The translations under genes and the position numbers were made by a program. This document shows, piece after piece, positions 10,272 to 23,768 of a stretch of DNA of 64,000 nt; the first letter of the stretch is position 1, and every line of letters starts with the position of its first letter. Source of the DNA: Octopus sinensis (lineage: Eukaryota); assembly GCF_006345805.1 (NCBI RefSeq), contig NC_043002.1, positions 97,774,001 to 97,838,000 of the forward strand. Direction: 5' to 3'. A model generated the notes under the pieces. The model saw nothing but the letters and a program-made list of their open reading frames with translations, was not told the DNA's origin and did not search any database.

Positions 10272-12677
10272 GATGTAGCAGAAAAGAAGAAGTTTGCCAA
10301 TGTCCAGCGACGCGAGGACCAAAGAGCTGAGGTATTTCTGATTGCCAGACAGTGTGTCAGAGAAAATAGTGATGTTACAGGAGAGAAATGTGTCCGCATG
10401 GATGATGGGGCACTTGCTTTTACTGTGAAAAGAAAGAGGCTTGGAGAAGCCATTATGAAAGACTGCTGAACGAGGAGAATGAATGGGAGGAGGAGAGCCT
10501 GCCAAATGCTGACCCAGTAGAGGGACCAGCTACCCGAATAGACAGCTCCCTTGTAGATAAGGCAATTAAGGATATGAAACCAGGTAAAGCCCCCCGGCCC
10601 ACAAGGAATCACTGCTGAGATGCTTAAAACAGCTGGCTATGTGGGCTATGGCATAGTCACCCGCATTGTAAACCAGGTAGTTCATGATGGAGTCATACCC
10701 AATGACTAGCGTAGCAGCACCATAGTCAACTGCTACAAGGGTAAGAGTGATGCTCTAGATAGAAATAACTACAGGGGTATCAAACTGTTGAACCAGGTGA
10801 TGAAGGTCTCAGAGAGGGTCATAACCCATCTCATTAGGGAGAGAATTTGCTTAGATGAAATGCAGTTCGGTTTTGTACCAGGTAGAAGCACCACTGATGC
10901 TATATTCCTGGTCCGACAACTGCAGGAGAAGTACCTAGCTAAAGATAAACCCCTCTACATAGCTTTTGTGGACTTGGAGAAAGCCTTTGACAGGGTTCCC
11001 CGTTCCCTTATCTCGTGGTCGATGCGGAAACTGGAGATTGACGAATGGCTAATAAGGGCTGTACAGGCTCTATACAGAGAGGCGTCAGGAAGGTTAGGAT
11101 TGGCAACGAATATAGTGAAGAATTCCAGGTAGAAGTAGGTGTGCACCAGGGCTCAGCCCTCAGTCCCCTTTATTCTCATAGTCCTCCAGGCAATAACAGA
11201 GGAATTCAAAACGGGATGCCCCTGGGAGCTCCTCTATACTGATGACCTAGCTCTCATAGCAGAATCACTACCGGAACTAGAAAAGAAATTTCGGGTGTGG
11301 AAGCAAGGGTTAGAATCAAAGGGCCTTAGAGTAAATGTAGCAAAAACCAAAGTAATAGTAAGCAGCAAGGCGTACTCAGCACACACCCCCTTGGGTAGGT
11401 GGCCCTGCTCAATCTGTAGGAAAGGTACAGGTAGAAACTCCATAAGATGCACCTAATGTAAGCTATGGACGCATAAGAGGTGCAGCAACATTAAAGGGAA
11501 ATTAACAGATAAGATAGCTTTCATGTGCGGCAGATGCACAGGGGCAATAGACACAACAGACACTCAGAAAACAGATTCCATCACACTCCAGGGAGAGAAA
11601 CTGGAAGTAGTTGATAGTTTCCGCTACCTGGGTGACCAAGTTAGTAGCGGAGGTGGATGCACAGAGAGTATCACCACTAGAATACGAATAGCCTGGGCAA
11701 AGTTCAGAAAGCTCCTACCCCTACTGGCGACAAAGGGTCTCTCCCTCAGAGCGAAAGGTAGATTGTATGATGCATGTGTGCGAACTGCCATGCTTCACGG
11801 TAATGAAACATAGGCTGTGACTGCAGAGGACATGCGTAGACTTGAAAGAAATGAAGCTAGCATGATCCGCTGGATGTGTAGTGTCAGTGTGCACGCACGA
11901 CAGAGTGTAAGCATCCTGAGAGAAATGCTGGATATAAGAAGCATCAGATGTGGTGTGCAAGAGCGATGGTATGGTCATGTGCTGCGGATGGATGAAGAGA
12001 GATGTGTGAAGAAGTGCCACTCCCAAACAGTTGAAGGTATCAGGGGGAGAGGTAGACCTAGGAAGACATGGGATGAGGTAGTCAAGCATGACCTCAGAGC
12101 ATTGGGCCTCACTGAGGCAATGGCGAAGGACCGAGATCTCTGGAGATATGCTGTGACTGCAAAGACCCGGGCTGCTTTCTGCATCAGTTCCACATAGCCC
12201 CTGCCCATTCAAAGTACCCCGGATCCAGATCGTCCTGCTGTGCCTGAGGAGACCTGTTGAGTCAAGTACATGAACATGAACGTCGAAATAAATATCAATG
12301 GAAATAGGAGTTATGATGCCTGTGCCGGTGGCACATAAAAAGTACTATCCGAACGTGACCGATGCCAGCGCTGCCCCGACTGGCCTCTGTGCCGGTAAGA
12401 CCATCCGAACGTTGCCAGCGCCGCCTTGGCTGGCACGTTAAAATCTCGAACCGATCGTGACCGATGCCGGACCCCCCCCCGGCCCCTGTGCAGGTGGCAC
12501 GTAAAAAGCACCCACTCCACTCGCGGAGTGGTTGGCGTTAGGAAGGGCATCCAGCCGTAGAAACTCTGCCAGATCAGACTGGAGCCTGGAGCGGCCCCTG
12601 GCTTCCCAGACCCCGGTCGAACCGTCCAACCCGTGCTAGCGCGGAAAACGGACGTTAAACGATGATGATGATGATGA
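10272..12677 (+). mobile_element. RTE-clade LINE copy 2: 5'-truncated, RT plus complete 3' UTR and (GAT)n tail
   Basis: QFGFVPGRSTTDAIF, FVDLEKAFDRVPR, LLYTDDL, FRYLGD, GRGRPRKTW, DRDLWR; stop at 12197. A diverged paralogue of copy 1. Confidence 0.95.
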
Positions 12678-12756
12678 TACATATATATATATTGATATAT
12701 ACATATATATATATTGATATATACATATATATATATAGATATATACATATATATAT

Positions 12757-13027
12757 GATTTGATTTGATTTTGATTTTGATTTTTCCAGTTTCAGCTTAT
12801 GAGCTGTGGCCATGCTGGGGCACCGCCATTTGGTGTTGCTACTTGGTTTCACTTCATGAAGGCTTTCTAGCAGCTGCTATTTGGTGCATGAGAGAGTTCG
12901 ATGCAGCTGCCTTCATCTGCCCCTCCTGCCGTGAAGTTGGTTCATCTGGGACACCTGACAGGAAGAGATCCAGCTTCATTTTAAAGACATCTGTATCCAC
13001 CCCATGCAGGTCTCTCAGGTTCTCTAG
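12757..13027 (-). mobile_element. CR1-group LINE 3' fragment (second family) with (AAATC)n tail
   Basis: Minus frame LRDLHGVDTDVFKMKLDLFLSGVPDEP..SNSL resembles a CR1 ORF2 C-terminus. The 3' UTR ends ggcggtgccccagcatggccacagctcataagctgaaac. Confidence 0.75.
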
Positions 13028-13139
13028 ACATATACATATTTATTATATATATATCTATATAGACATATACATTTTATATTATATATATAGACATATACAT
13101 ATTTATATATATATATATATAATATTATAGACATATACA

Positions 13140-13196
<57 letters not shown>

Positions 13197-13243
13197 TTTA
13201 TATATATATCTATATTATATATATATATATATATAATATTTAT

Positions 13244-13285
<42 letters not shown>

Positions 13286-13862
13286 TATACATATTTATAT
13301 ATATATATATTATATATATAGAGACATATACATATTTATATATATATTATATATAGACATATACATATATATATATATATAATATATATATAGACATACA
13401 TATTTATATATATATATATATATATATATAGACATATACATATTTATATTATATATATATAGGCATATACATATTTATATATATAGACATAGACATATTT
13501 ATATAGACATATATATATATATATACATATATATATAGACATACATACCTATATATATATAGACATATACATATTTATATAGACATATATAATATATATA
13601 TAGACAATACCAGTTATATAGTCATATATATATATAAAATTATATATATATAACAATATATATATAGAACATATACATATTTATATATATAGACATAATA
13701 TATACATATATATTTAATATATAATATAGACATATACATATCTATATATATATATATATATATATATAGACATACATATATATATATATATAGACATACA
13801 TATATATATATATATATATAGACATATACATATATATATATAGACTATACATATATATATAT

Positions 13863-13893
<31 letters not shown>

Positions 13894-13895
13894 CT
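13028..13895. repeat. Long TA-rich compound microsatellite with gacatatac units
   Basis: Direct inspection. Confidence 0.95.
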
Positions 13896-13992
13896 CACGC
13901 GCACACAGAAACGTCTCAGGAAATAGGAATATTATTTAAAAACCGAATATTTGTTAATTGGCGATCTAGCATTTTTGGTTTCTGCGCAAGAA

Positions 13993-14197
13993 TCATGAGG
14001 CTGTGTGATATGAAGCTTGCTTCCCAATGACCTGGCTCCGGGTTCAGTCCCACTTTGGGCAAGAGGCTTCTACTATCGCTTCGGACCGATCAAACTCTTG
14101 TGAGTGGATTGGTTAGACACAAACTGAGAGAAACCTTTCGTATATGTGTGTGCGTGTCTGTTTGTCGCCCACTACCGATTGAGAATCGGTGTTGGGG
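13993..14197 (+). mobile_element. SINE-A, diverged 5' part
   Basis: ccgggttcagtcccac, ttgggcaag and ttgtgagtggatt match intact SINE-A copies. Confidence 0.7.
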
Positions 14198-14420
14198 TAG
14201 AACGTAGAGCGTTCCATCCTTAACTTAATTCTTAGAATCACGCGAATGTTCAAATTCACTCACAGTATTGCGATTATCTAAAAGACTTCGCAGTGGGACT
14301 GAACACATGAACTCATAGATGCAGTCACGACCACTCAGCCATACAGTCTTGACCACTCATGAATTCGGTCTTTATTACCCAGCCAAATATTGTGCGGACA
14401 TACGAGTATTAAGGAGACAA

Positions 14421-14757
14421 GGAGGCGCAATGGCCCAGTGGTTAGGGCAGCGGACTCGCGGTCATAGGATCGCGGTTTCGATTCCCAGACCTAAAGCTCC
14501 ACGAGGCTCCGGCAGGGGATGGTGGTGATCCCTGCTGTACTCTTTCACCACAACTTTCTCTCACTCTTACTTCCTGTTTCTGTTGTACCTGTATTTCAAA
14601 GGGCCGGCCTTGTCACGCTGATTATCCCCGAGAACTACGTTAAGGGTACACGTGTCTGTGGAGTGCTCAGCCACTTACACGTTAATTTCACGAGCAGGCT
14701 GTTCCGTTGATTCGGATCAACCGGAATCCTCATCGTCGTGACCGACGGAGTGCTTCC
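14421..14757 (+). mobile_element. SINE-C (tRNA-Arg-like head) with 13-bp TSD
   Basis: A box tggcccagtgg, B box gtttcgattcc; TSD attaaggagacaa at 14408-14420 and 14762-14774. Confidence 0.9.
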
Positions 14758-15356
14758 ATCCATTAAGGAGACAACTTAAGGCATTAACTTGCAGTGTCGA
14801 TCCCAAGCTGTCTTATTTTTCTTTTAAACAAACTTACAAAACGTATGTTTTGATGTCACCGGTCTATTTTATACAGAGAGGCAAATTCATTATGACTAAT
14901 GCTATCAGATAGGAAGAAAGAAAAAAAAATTATGGGTGTCCTATTGCAGAAAAGTGATTGTTACAATAAAAAAAATTGAAAACAATCAAGAGAAAGCGGT
15001 GAAGATGAAAGCACGAAACTTCTGGGAAATGTAATCCAACCCACTAAAACATAATCCAACAGAAGTAAGTTGTCGGTAGAGATAAGGGAAGAGAATGTAT
15101 GTCCTCTGGCCATTTATTTATGCTAGTGATCATGTTAAAAAGATTCATTCGAGTCACAAAGTAATCTCCCTTTTTAACCGAACTTTTAAAGGTAGATAAC
15201 TCTTGAATTTATTACGTAGTTGTCTCTCTTGAAATCTACGTTAAAACAATAACAACAAAATATACGTTGTCTTTTTTTCTCCCTTTCTGTGTGATGTATT
15301 TAAACGCCTGTTCTCCCTTAATCAAAAATCTAATTTAAGCATAAGGCCAGCATGCA

Positions 15357-15510
15357 GCCGGTGTTGGTGTGTTTGCATCCCCGTAACTTGGCGGATCGGT
15401 GAGGTGGGGGGAGGCGAATGGTGACTTAAAAAATAAGTTTGCTTGATTAAAACCCCTCAAGGCGGTGCTCCAGCATGGCTGCGGTCAAATGGCTGAAACA
15501 AGTAAAAGAA
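15357..15510 (+). mobile_element. SINE-A 3' half
   Basis: aaggcggtgctccagcatggctgcggtcaaatggctgaaacaagtaaaag tail. Confidence 0.8.
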
Positions 15511-15789
15511 AGGGTCAATAGAATAATGTACCTGTGAGGGATCGTAATACGGTCTTTTCAATCCGAGTCAAGCAGTCAGAAACCCAGGAGGAGACCAAGG
15601 ACGAGACGACTGAATAATATTGTGAATCTCAATTGGTCCCTTGTGGGAATCGAACGGGAATGTGTTATGACGGTTGCTTCTGAAAGGACCTTAAGGTGAG
15701 TGAGGACTCTACCTCCACAACCCTCTTAGAAATAATCCTTTCAACTAAAGGTGCAAAACCTGAAAAAGAATTTTTTCTGGTGTATGTGC

Positions 15790-15960
15790 GGCGATAGTCG
15801 GATATATCGACCCCAGTGCTTAACAGGTACTTATTTCATCGATCCCCGAAGGGGTAAAGGGTAAAATCGATCTCTGTGGAATTTGATATCCGAGCGTTAA
15901 GACGGTAAAAAATGTCGCTAAGCATGTTGTTCCACAAGCCAACAATTGTGCCGGTTCGAC
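15790..15960 (-). mobile_element. SINE-B, diverged
   Basis: atcgaccccagtg..gtacttatt..ccccgaa..ggaatttga match SINE-B reverse complement. Confidence 0.7.
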
Positions 15961-16831
15961 GCCTCCCAGAAAAAAATGGACGAAAAATAAACGAATGGTT
16001 ATTGAGAAAATTGTTTTCTCTAAGATTTTCTTTTCGCAACCAGCACACAAAATAAAATTATGTGCGCACAAGAAATTAATAGGTATACAAAAAGTTAAGT
16101 ACCTAAAATTGTATAATTAAACATTATAGTAATTATACATCCAGGATACGTATTTTTGTCACTGGAAAATTTGTTTTTACACGACATGAGATTGTTGTAC
16201 ACGCTAACTACTAAAAATTTTAAAATTCTTCAAGTAATATTAGTGCTGAGTTCAAATTCCGCCTAGGCCAACTTTGCCTTTCAGTCGATTAAATAAGTAC
16301 CAGTTGAGGACTAGGGTCCATGCAATCGATTTACCCCTTTTTATCAGTGGTCGCGATGATTATTGCACTATATCAGTATTAGCTTAACCTGTTTATCTAA
16401 GCATTTTAAAGCTTGTGGGATAACATTTAAGGAAAATTTGGTTATAATTTCTCGTCAGTTGAGCGAATCGTGTAGAGACATTCTCTTTGTGAGGTAACAT
16501 CACGTAGATCGATAGCCATCCGATACATACCCTAAAATTCTAAACCGGTTTATCACATCATGAACTCATCTCATACGTCAAATCACAGTATGGATTCAGA
16601 TTGCTACACTCAACTACGATACCAATAAAAAAGACCTAATGCAGGAAATATACGGTGTCTTCGACTGTTTCGACTCCATTCCTCGCAACCCACTCGTACC
16701 AAAAATACTGAAGTCTCCTCAGGAAACGATACAAAACACGGGACAACAAACTACTTGTTTGTGGTGAAGAACAACCCTTTTAGAAACCGCAATTTCTCGT
16801 ATGAAGCCGCAGGATTTCTTTCTCTTATCCA

Positions 16832-17206
16832 CTCTACTCTTTTACTTGTTTCAGTCATTTGACTGCGGCCATGCTGGAGCACCGCATTTTAGTCGAGCAA
16901 ATCGACCCCTGGACTTATTCTTTGTAAGTCCAGTACTTATTCTATCGGTCTCTTTTGCCGAACCGCTAAGTGACGGGGGCCATGAACACACCAGCAACAG
17001 TTGTCAAGCAATGCTAGGGGGACAAACACAGACACATACATATATATATACGACAGGCTTCTTTCAGTTTCCGTCTACCAAATCCACTCACAAGGCTTTG
17101 GTTGGCCCGAGGCTATAACAGAAGACACTTGTCGAAGGTGCCACGCAGTGGGACTGAACCCGGAACCGTGTGATTGGTTAGCAAGCTACTTACCACACAG
17201 CCACTC
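16832..17206 (-). mobile_element. SINE-A full-length (tRNA-derived, CORE-like ccttgggcaagtg motif, internal microsatellite)
   Basis: Head-to-tail match to the other SINE-A copies. Confidence 0.9.
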
Positions 17207-17505
17207 TCTACATCCTTTACATATGCTAACTTACACAAAAACATACAGACAGTCATATACACGGGTGATATAACACCCACACCCTTCCACCATTCTCTAG
17301 ATGCTACTGTCAGAACAATCAAGCCTTACACAAAGACTAGAGTCTTGGTTCCAAACTAGGAATCTTAAGGTAGCACCTACCAAACCTACATTCTTCCTTC
17401 TTACAAATAACGCCAAAGAACATAAAATGCAACCAACTATCACAACATAAATAGGCCACGCACACATAAACGATAAAAACATTAGGGGTTACATTCAACT
17501 CAGTA

Positions 17506-17838
17506 GGCGCAGGAGTGGTAAGTAGCTTGCTTACCAACCACATGGTTCCGGGTTCAGTGACACCTTGGGCAAGTGTCTTCTACTATAGCCTTGTGAGTGG
17601 ATTTGGTAGATTTGGTAGACGGAAACTGAAAGAAGACCGTCGTATATACGTGTATGTATATGTATTTATATATGAGTGTGTCTGTGTCTGTCCCCCCCAA
17701 CATCGCTTGACAACCGATGCTGGTGTGTTTACTTAGCGGTTCGGCAAAAGACCGATAGGCTTACAAAGAATAAGTCCTGGGGTCGATTTGCTCGACTAAA
17801 GGCGGTGCTCCAGTATGGCCGCAGTCAAATGACTGAAA
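17506..17838 (+). mobile_element. SINE-A with internal deletions
   Basis: ggcgcaggagtgg head and ggcggtgctccag..gactgaaa tail. Confidence 0.85.
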
Positions 17839-18194
17839 TATATATATATCAATATAAAAACATGATGCAAAGGATTTAGCGGTACATATGTTTCTGGCTT
17901 TTATTTCAAATGATTGAAACAAGTAAAAGAGAGAGCACACACAAAAGAAAGAAAAGCGACACACAAACACGCGCAGAGCAACCGCACTTGCCACATTTAA
18001 CCAAAGGCAACAACAGCGGTGTAGAAACAATGCATCACATCCATCCTATGTTAGGCCTGTCTGAACTGTCAGTCTCTCCATAACAAACCATAGAACATAA
18101 AACAACACTCTACACATCACAACAGATCGTACACATATCATACAGAAGTTCGCTTCCCAAACAAATGATTTCAAATCCAATCCTTCTATGGTAC

Positions 18195-18835
18195 CTTGGC
18201 TAGATTTGTGAGTGGATTTAGTAAATGAAAATAGAGTGAAGCCCGCTATATACATGCGTCTGTGTTTGTGGTTGTGTTTATTTCATACACCACCTGACAA
18301 CCAGTTTGTCTTCGTTCCGTGACTTATCAGTTCGGCAAAAAGACCGACAGAATAAGTATAAGGCTTAAAATATAAGTACAGGGGGTCAATTTGTTCGACT
18401 AAACCATTCAAGGCAGAGCCCCAGCATGGGCGCAGTCCAATGAATGAAACAAGTAAAAGATTAAAAAATGGCTGTGTGGTAAGTAGCTTGCTAACCAACC
18501 ACATGGTTCCGGGTTCAGTCCCACTGCGTGGCATCTTGGGCAAGTGTCTTCTGCTATAGCCCCGGGCCGACCAATGCCTTGTGAATGGATTTGGTAGACG
18601 GAAACTGAAAGAAGCCTGTCGTATATATGTATATATATGTGTGTGTGTTTGTCCCCCTAGTATTGCTTGACAACCGATGCTGGTGTGTTTACGTCCCCGT
18701 CACTTAGCGTTTCGGCAAAAAAGAGACCGATAAAATAAGTACTGGTCTTACAAAAGAATAAGTCCCGGGGTCGATTTGCTCGACTAAAGGCGGTGCTCCA
18801 GCATGGCCGCAGTCAAATGACTGAAACAAGTAAAA
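18195..18835 (+). mobile_element. Two tandem SINE-A copies (diverged partial 18195-18461, full 18469-18835)
   Basis: Both end in the ..gaaacaagtaaaa tail. Confidence 0.85.
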
Positions 18836-19303
18836 AAAAAATAAGAAACAAAAATACACTAAAAAAAGAAAAACTACCTGGAAATGCAGGAGACACGGTT
18901 TGTTGCTGCAGAATGCTGCACCCCATGCAGTCTCTGTCACTGCCTGAAAATCCGTCTCTAAACATACAGAATCGTATGCATCATCTCACAACATAGCTGC
19001 AACAAAATTATAAAAGCACAATCTCCTCACTGAAACAAGATGGAAATATATTTAAAAAAATCTCCAAAAATGGCTAAAACCCACTCCACCAACTGAAGCA
19101 CGGTAACTATTCTTCAGACCTAAACCATCTTGTTCGCATCGGCTGTGGCCACCACTAATGTCAGCGGACGTACAGAAATAAATTGGTTAGTGGAAAGAAT
19201 GGAACGGTCATACTGGTCCGACCCTTCCCTTCTTCACTGTATACCTGAGTGTACAGTCTGGTTCCCAGAATGGCAGAATCATTTCATAACTTAGAAGGTG
19301 GAT

Positions 19304-19722
19304 CTCTTTACTCTTTTACTTGTTTCAGTCATTTGACTGCGGCCATGCTGGAGCACCGCCTTTAATCGAACAACTCGACCCCGGGACTTATTCTTTTGTA
19401 AACCCAGTACTTATTCTATCGGTCTCTTTTGCCGAACCGCTGGGTAACGGGGGCATAAACACACCAGCATCGGTTGTCAAGCAATGCTAGCGGGGACAAA
19501 CGCATATATATATATACATATATATACATATATACGACGGGCTTCTTTTCTGTAGACAGTATCTCGCAGCCATGATGGAGCACTCGGCCTCGGGACTTAC
19601 TCTTTTGTAAGCCCAGTACTTATTCTATCGGTCTCTTTTGCCGAACCGCTGAGTAACGGGGACACAAACACACCAGCATCGGTTGTCAAACAATGCTAGG
19701 GGGAGGGGGACAAACACACACA

Positions 19723-19766
<44 letters not shown>

Positions 19767-19800
19767 TACGACGGGCTTCTTTTCTGTAGACAGTATCTCG
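19304..19800 (-). mobile_element. SINE-A 3' half with a local tandem duplication
   Basis: cttattctatcggtctcttttgccgaaccgctg...cgacgggcttcttttctgtagacagtatctcg occurs twice (ending ~19567 and ~19800). Confidence 0.85.
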
Positions 19801-19854
19801 TCGCTTTATTAACTACCTACGTGTCATAAGACTGCACTATCGTCTGCCACTCTG

Positions 19855-20156
19855 TCGGTTCCGCTTGATTGGATCAACGAAACAGCCTGCTCGCGAACTT
19901 AACGTGCAAGTGCCTGAGTACTCCGCATACAAGCGTACCCTTCACGTACTTCTCAGGGAGATTCTGTGTGACACAGAATGTGAGAAGATATTCTCACATT
20001 TGAAATACAGTTACAACACATTTTTAGCAGCTGATTAGACTAGAACAACGTGAAATAAAGTGTCTTGTCCAAGGACACAACGCCCCACCGGGAATCGAAC
20101 TCACAACCATACGATCGTGAGCTGGATACTTTAACTATTAAGCCACGAGCCTTCAT
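19855..20156 (-). mobile_element. SINE-C-related older subfamily (tRNA head, CORE-like segment)
   Basis: cagcctgctcg, cgtaccct, gtgaaataaagtgtctt and gggaatcgaactc match 45474-45800 in reverse. Confidence 0.75.
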
Positions 20157-20654
20157 GGTATAATCTACTGCGCGCTTCTATCTTTAAAAGCAGAAGGAAA
20201 ACATTGATGGATGGATGGTTCTCGATGACGAAGATACTGTATTCAATCAACTAGATTACCTTCTCATTAAATCAACGTGTAAGTGGCTGCATATTCCATA
20301 GACATGTATACCAATTACGCAATTTTCAGACAGTGACATGGTGCGCAACAAAACTGTACTTTTTGAATTGCATGTACAATGCACCGAACGGGTTTCTATA
20401 AAGTTTCCGTCTGCCCATTTTCTCTTTGAAAAAACAAAAACAAACAAAAAAAAAAACACTTGCCTGAGATGCTACTCAATGGGATCGAACCCAGGACATC
20501 ATGTTTGCGAAGCGAAATCCTTAACCATTCGGTCATACTGCACTTACATTCTACGATACATAACATCTCGAAAAAAGAAAAAGAAAAGTGGATATTCGTT
20601 GTATTTAATCACAAAACTGCTCGATCAGGGATGACCTGTCGTTAAATAACCTTA

Positions 20655-21436
20655 CTTATTTTGGCACAAGGCCAGCAATTTTAAGAGGAAAGAAAGTCGA
20701 TTACATCGATCCCAACCCCCTGTGCACTCCGAGAGGATGAAGGACAAAGTCGACCTCGGCGGAATTTGAACTCAGAACGTAACGACGGATGAAATGTTGC
20801 TTAGGATCTTGTCCGCTGCACTAACGACTTTTCCAACTCGTTGCCTCATATAACAAAGAAAATACTGATTTCAAATTTTGGTACAAGGGCAACAAGTTCA
20901 CAACAACGTCTAAGTCGATTACATCGGTCCCAGTGCTCAACTGGTACTCATTTTCTCAAACTCCCACGAAAGAATGGAAGGCATAGCCTACCTCGGCGGA
21001 ATTTGAACTCAGAACGTAAACACAGACGAAATGCCTATTTCTTTACTACCCACAAGGAGCTAAACACAGAGGGGACAAACGGATTAAGTCGATTACATCG
21101 ACCCCAGTGCGCAACTGGTACTTATTTAATCGACCCCGAAAGGATGAAAGGCAAAGTCCACCTCGGCGGAATTTGAACTCAGAACGTAGCGGCAGACGAA
21201 ATACCTATTTCTTTATTACCCACAAGGGGCTAAACACAGAAGGGACAAACAAGGACAGTCAAGCGGATTAAGTCGATTATATCGACCCCAGTGCGTAACT
21301 GGTACTTATTTAATCGACCCCGAATGGATGAAAGGCAAAGTCGACCTCGGCGGAATTTGAACTCACAACGTAGCGGCAGACGAAATACCGCTAAGCATTT
21401 CGTCCGGTGCGATAACGATTTTGTCAACTTGCCGCC
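20655..21436 (-). mobile_element. SINE-B cluster: old copy (20655-20846) plus 3-unit array (20860-21436)
   Basis: Repeated cctcggcggaatttgaactc at ~20755, 20992, 21161 and 21346. Confidence 0.9.
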
Positions 21437-22602
21437 TGCTTGTCGCTAGATACAAAGAAACAAAAGTAGTATTCTACTCTAGCCTATGGTTAAACAACAG
21501 CAACAACAAATAACTCTATGAGAGGCAACTCAGCTTCACTGTTCAACAACATTAAATTATATGACATTACACCAAGTAAAACCACAAAACTTGTACAATA
21601 AAACACGACACTATATCAAGGCAATCACGCCTCCATATTATATTTATCTTTATTCCATATTACAATTCACAACAACACACCCAGTTTCGCATTTTTTACG
21701 ACGTATTATTTTCAAAACACGAGATTAGGGACAAGACGAGTCGTTAACTGCCTTATTAAGATCATAAAACGGTCCTTACCTTCCCCTATAATCCGCCCAA
21801 AATATATAAACAGGTACTGATGCGGAGAACGGAGAACACTTGAAGTTTCGTATCTTTAGCAGTTAAGTAAAAACACGTCGAGAGATCGTAAATGTTATCT
21901 GCTCTCTCTTTGTTTTTATGTACTGCTTGTTCTGTGCGTATGTAAATGTATATGAACACGTAAACTTTTAGTGGTGCTACACTGAGTTGAATTTGGCGTC
22001 GCACGACTGAAAAACAACACGAGCCGAGCAACTGAAAATGTGTGCTGGTACGCCCAACCCATTTTACGAATAGTGCTGTCGTGTACACACACAAGGGGAA
22101 ATACAGGCAAACCAAATACCGTACAATATAAATTCTTTATTGATTAAAATCATCTCCGTCTCTGGAGGGTATGATATAATTACCAACTGACAAATAAGGC
22201 CAGCTCCATATGAGAAAAGAAGATAATCTCAAGAATTCTCCGAAGTTAATATACCGTTATAGAAAAGGGTAGGTTGTCTGATGATAAGAGGACAGTTGTG
22301 GCATGTGTTTCTGCCTCCACAGGCGTCATCAGCACGACAATCGTCCATCCTTATCTCTTGTAGCCTTATTAAAAAAGTGCAATATACATTTATGGTCTCG
22401 GTAATTTGCGTAATTTAATCAAATACAAGCGAAAAGGAATAACCCAGAGTGGCCAGTGGCATGGCCTATTACACAGGAGTTTTCCCTAATCATGTAATCG
22501 GTCCTTTGACCAGTAGAATATTGGACATGTCCAGTATTCTGCTATCAGAGAAATCGGAATCGAACATAAGATAGAAAAGTTCGGAAAAATGAGCCACTAA
22601 AC

Positions 22603-22730
22603 CAGTAGTTCTCAACCTGGCTCTATATGGACCCTAAGGGTCCATTCAAGATTTTTGGATGTCCACGCAAGAAAATAGTATACTGGGTATCCGCGATAGT
22701 ATTTCAAGGGTTCCTGAAAATATCTTGCAT
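22603..22730 (+). mobile_element. Possible hAT-type MITE end
   Basis: cagtagttctcaacc resembles hAT termini; no partner end found. Confidence 0.3.
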
Positions 22731-22985
22731 TAGATGTATGTATTTTGTAACACACAAATATTGTTTATAAGACCAGATAAAAAAGAGTTTTTTTTTTTAA
22801 ATACGTATAATTTTTATCTTCATAATTTTGCTTTTCCACGATCGGAAAAATAACCGTTTGTCAGAACTCAGTAGACAGCGATATCAACAATACACCGGTG
22901 CGTTCACACGACAGGAAATATATTTGGACTTGTAAAGAAAAATGAGTGTTAACATCGAAAGAAATACTAACTAGATATAGGAATA

Positions 22986-23768
22986 GCTGTGTTAAGATGC
23001 TTGCTTCCCAACCATGCGGTCTTGGGTTCGGTTCCACAGTGCGGCACCTTGGCCAAGTGTATTTTACTGTTGCTCCGATTTAGCAACCGAAAGAAGCCTG
23101 TCGTACGTACGTACGTACGTACGTACGTACGTATGTATGTATGTATGTATGTATGTATGTATGTATGTATGTATGTATGTACGTATGTATGTATGTATGT
23201 ATGTATGTATGTATGTATGTACGTATGTATGTATGTATGTATGTATGTATGTATGTATGTATGTATGTATGTATGTATGTATGTATGTATGTATGTATGT
23301 ATGTATGTATGTATGTATGCATGCATGCATGCAGATTTATATGCTTTGTTTTATGTATGTATTCTCATGCATATAGTTGCATGTCTAGACAGACGCATAG
23401 ATACCTAAATGATAAACTTCTGGAAAGTTTTACAACATCTTACAGTTCCAGTGATAGATTGGATCTGTAGTCTTCGAATCAGCTTTCTCCTTTCTGGTTT
23501 TGAGAAGCCTGTCTCTCTGTCTGTATGTATGTATGTATGTACACGCACATAGACACACACATTTATATATCTATGTGTGTGTCTTTATGTTTGTTCCCTT
23601 GTTGCCCCCCCACCCACCACTTGACAACCGGTGGCGATTTTTTAAGAGTCCACCTATATTTGCGGCCGGACAAAAAAAAAAAAAAATACCGATTTGTTCG
23701 ACAAAGACCCTTCAAAGAGGTGCTCCAGAATGACTGCATTCCAATGACTGAAATAAGTAAAAGGTAAA
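22986..23768 (+). mobile_element. SINE-A interrupted by a (TATG)n expansion (23100-23335) and an insert
   Basis: 5' half to gaagcctgtc (~23100); 3' half resumes at ~23505 with gaagcctgtc and ends gactgaaataagtaaaa. Confidence 0.75.

Noticed and set aside
9522-10612. Long ORFs (230, 207, 119 aa) over the 61-bp array
   Set aside because: They are by-products of a GC-rich tandem repeat or antisense to RTE; no domain signal.
18870-18950. 66-nt minus-strand mini-exon (tttcag...ccag|gtagtt); also a plus-strand aag|gtgagt donor near 15695
   Set aside because: Weak or absent acceptors, unrecognisable peptides; expected by chance in 64 kb.
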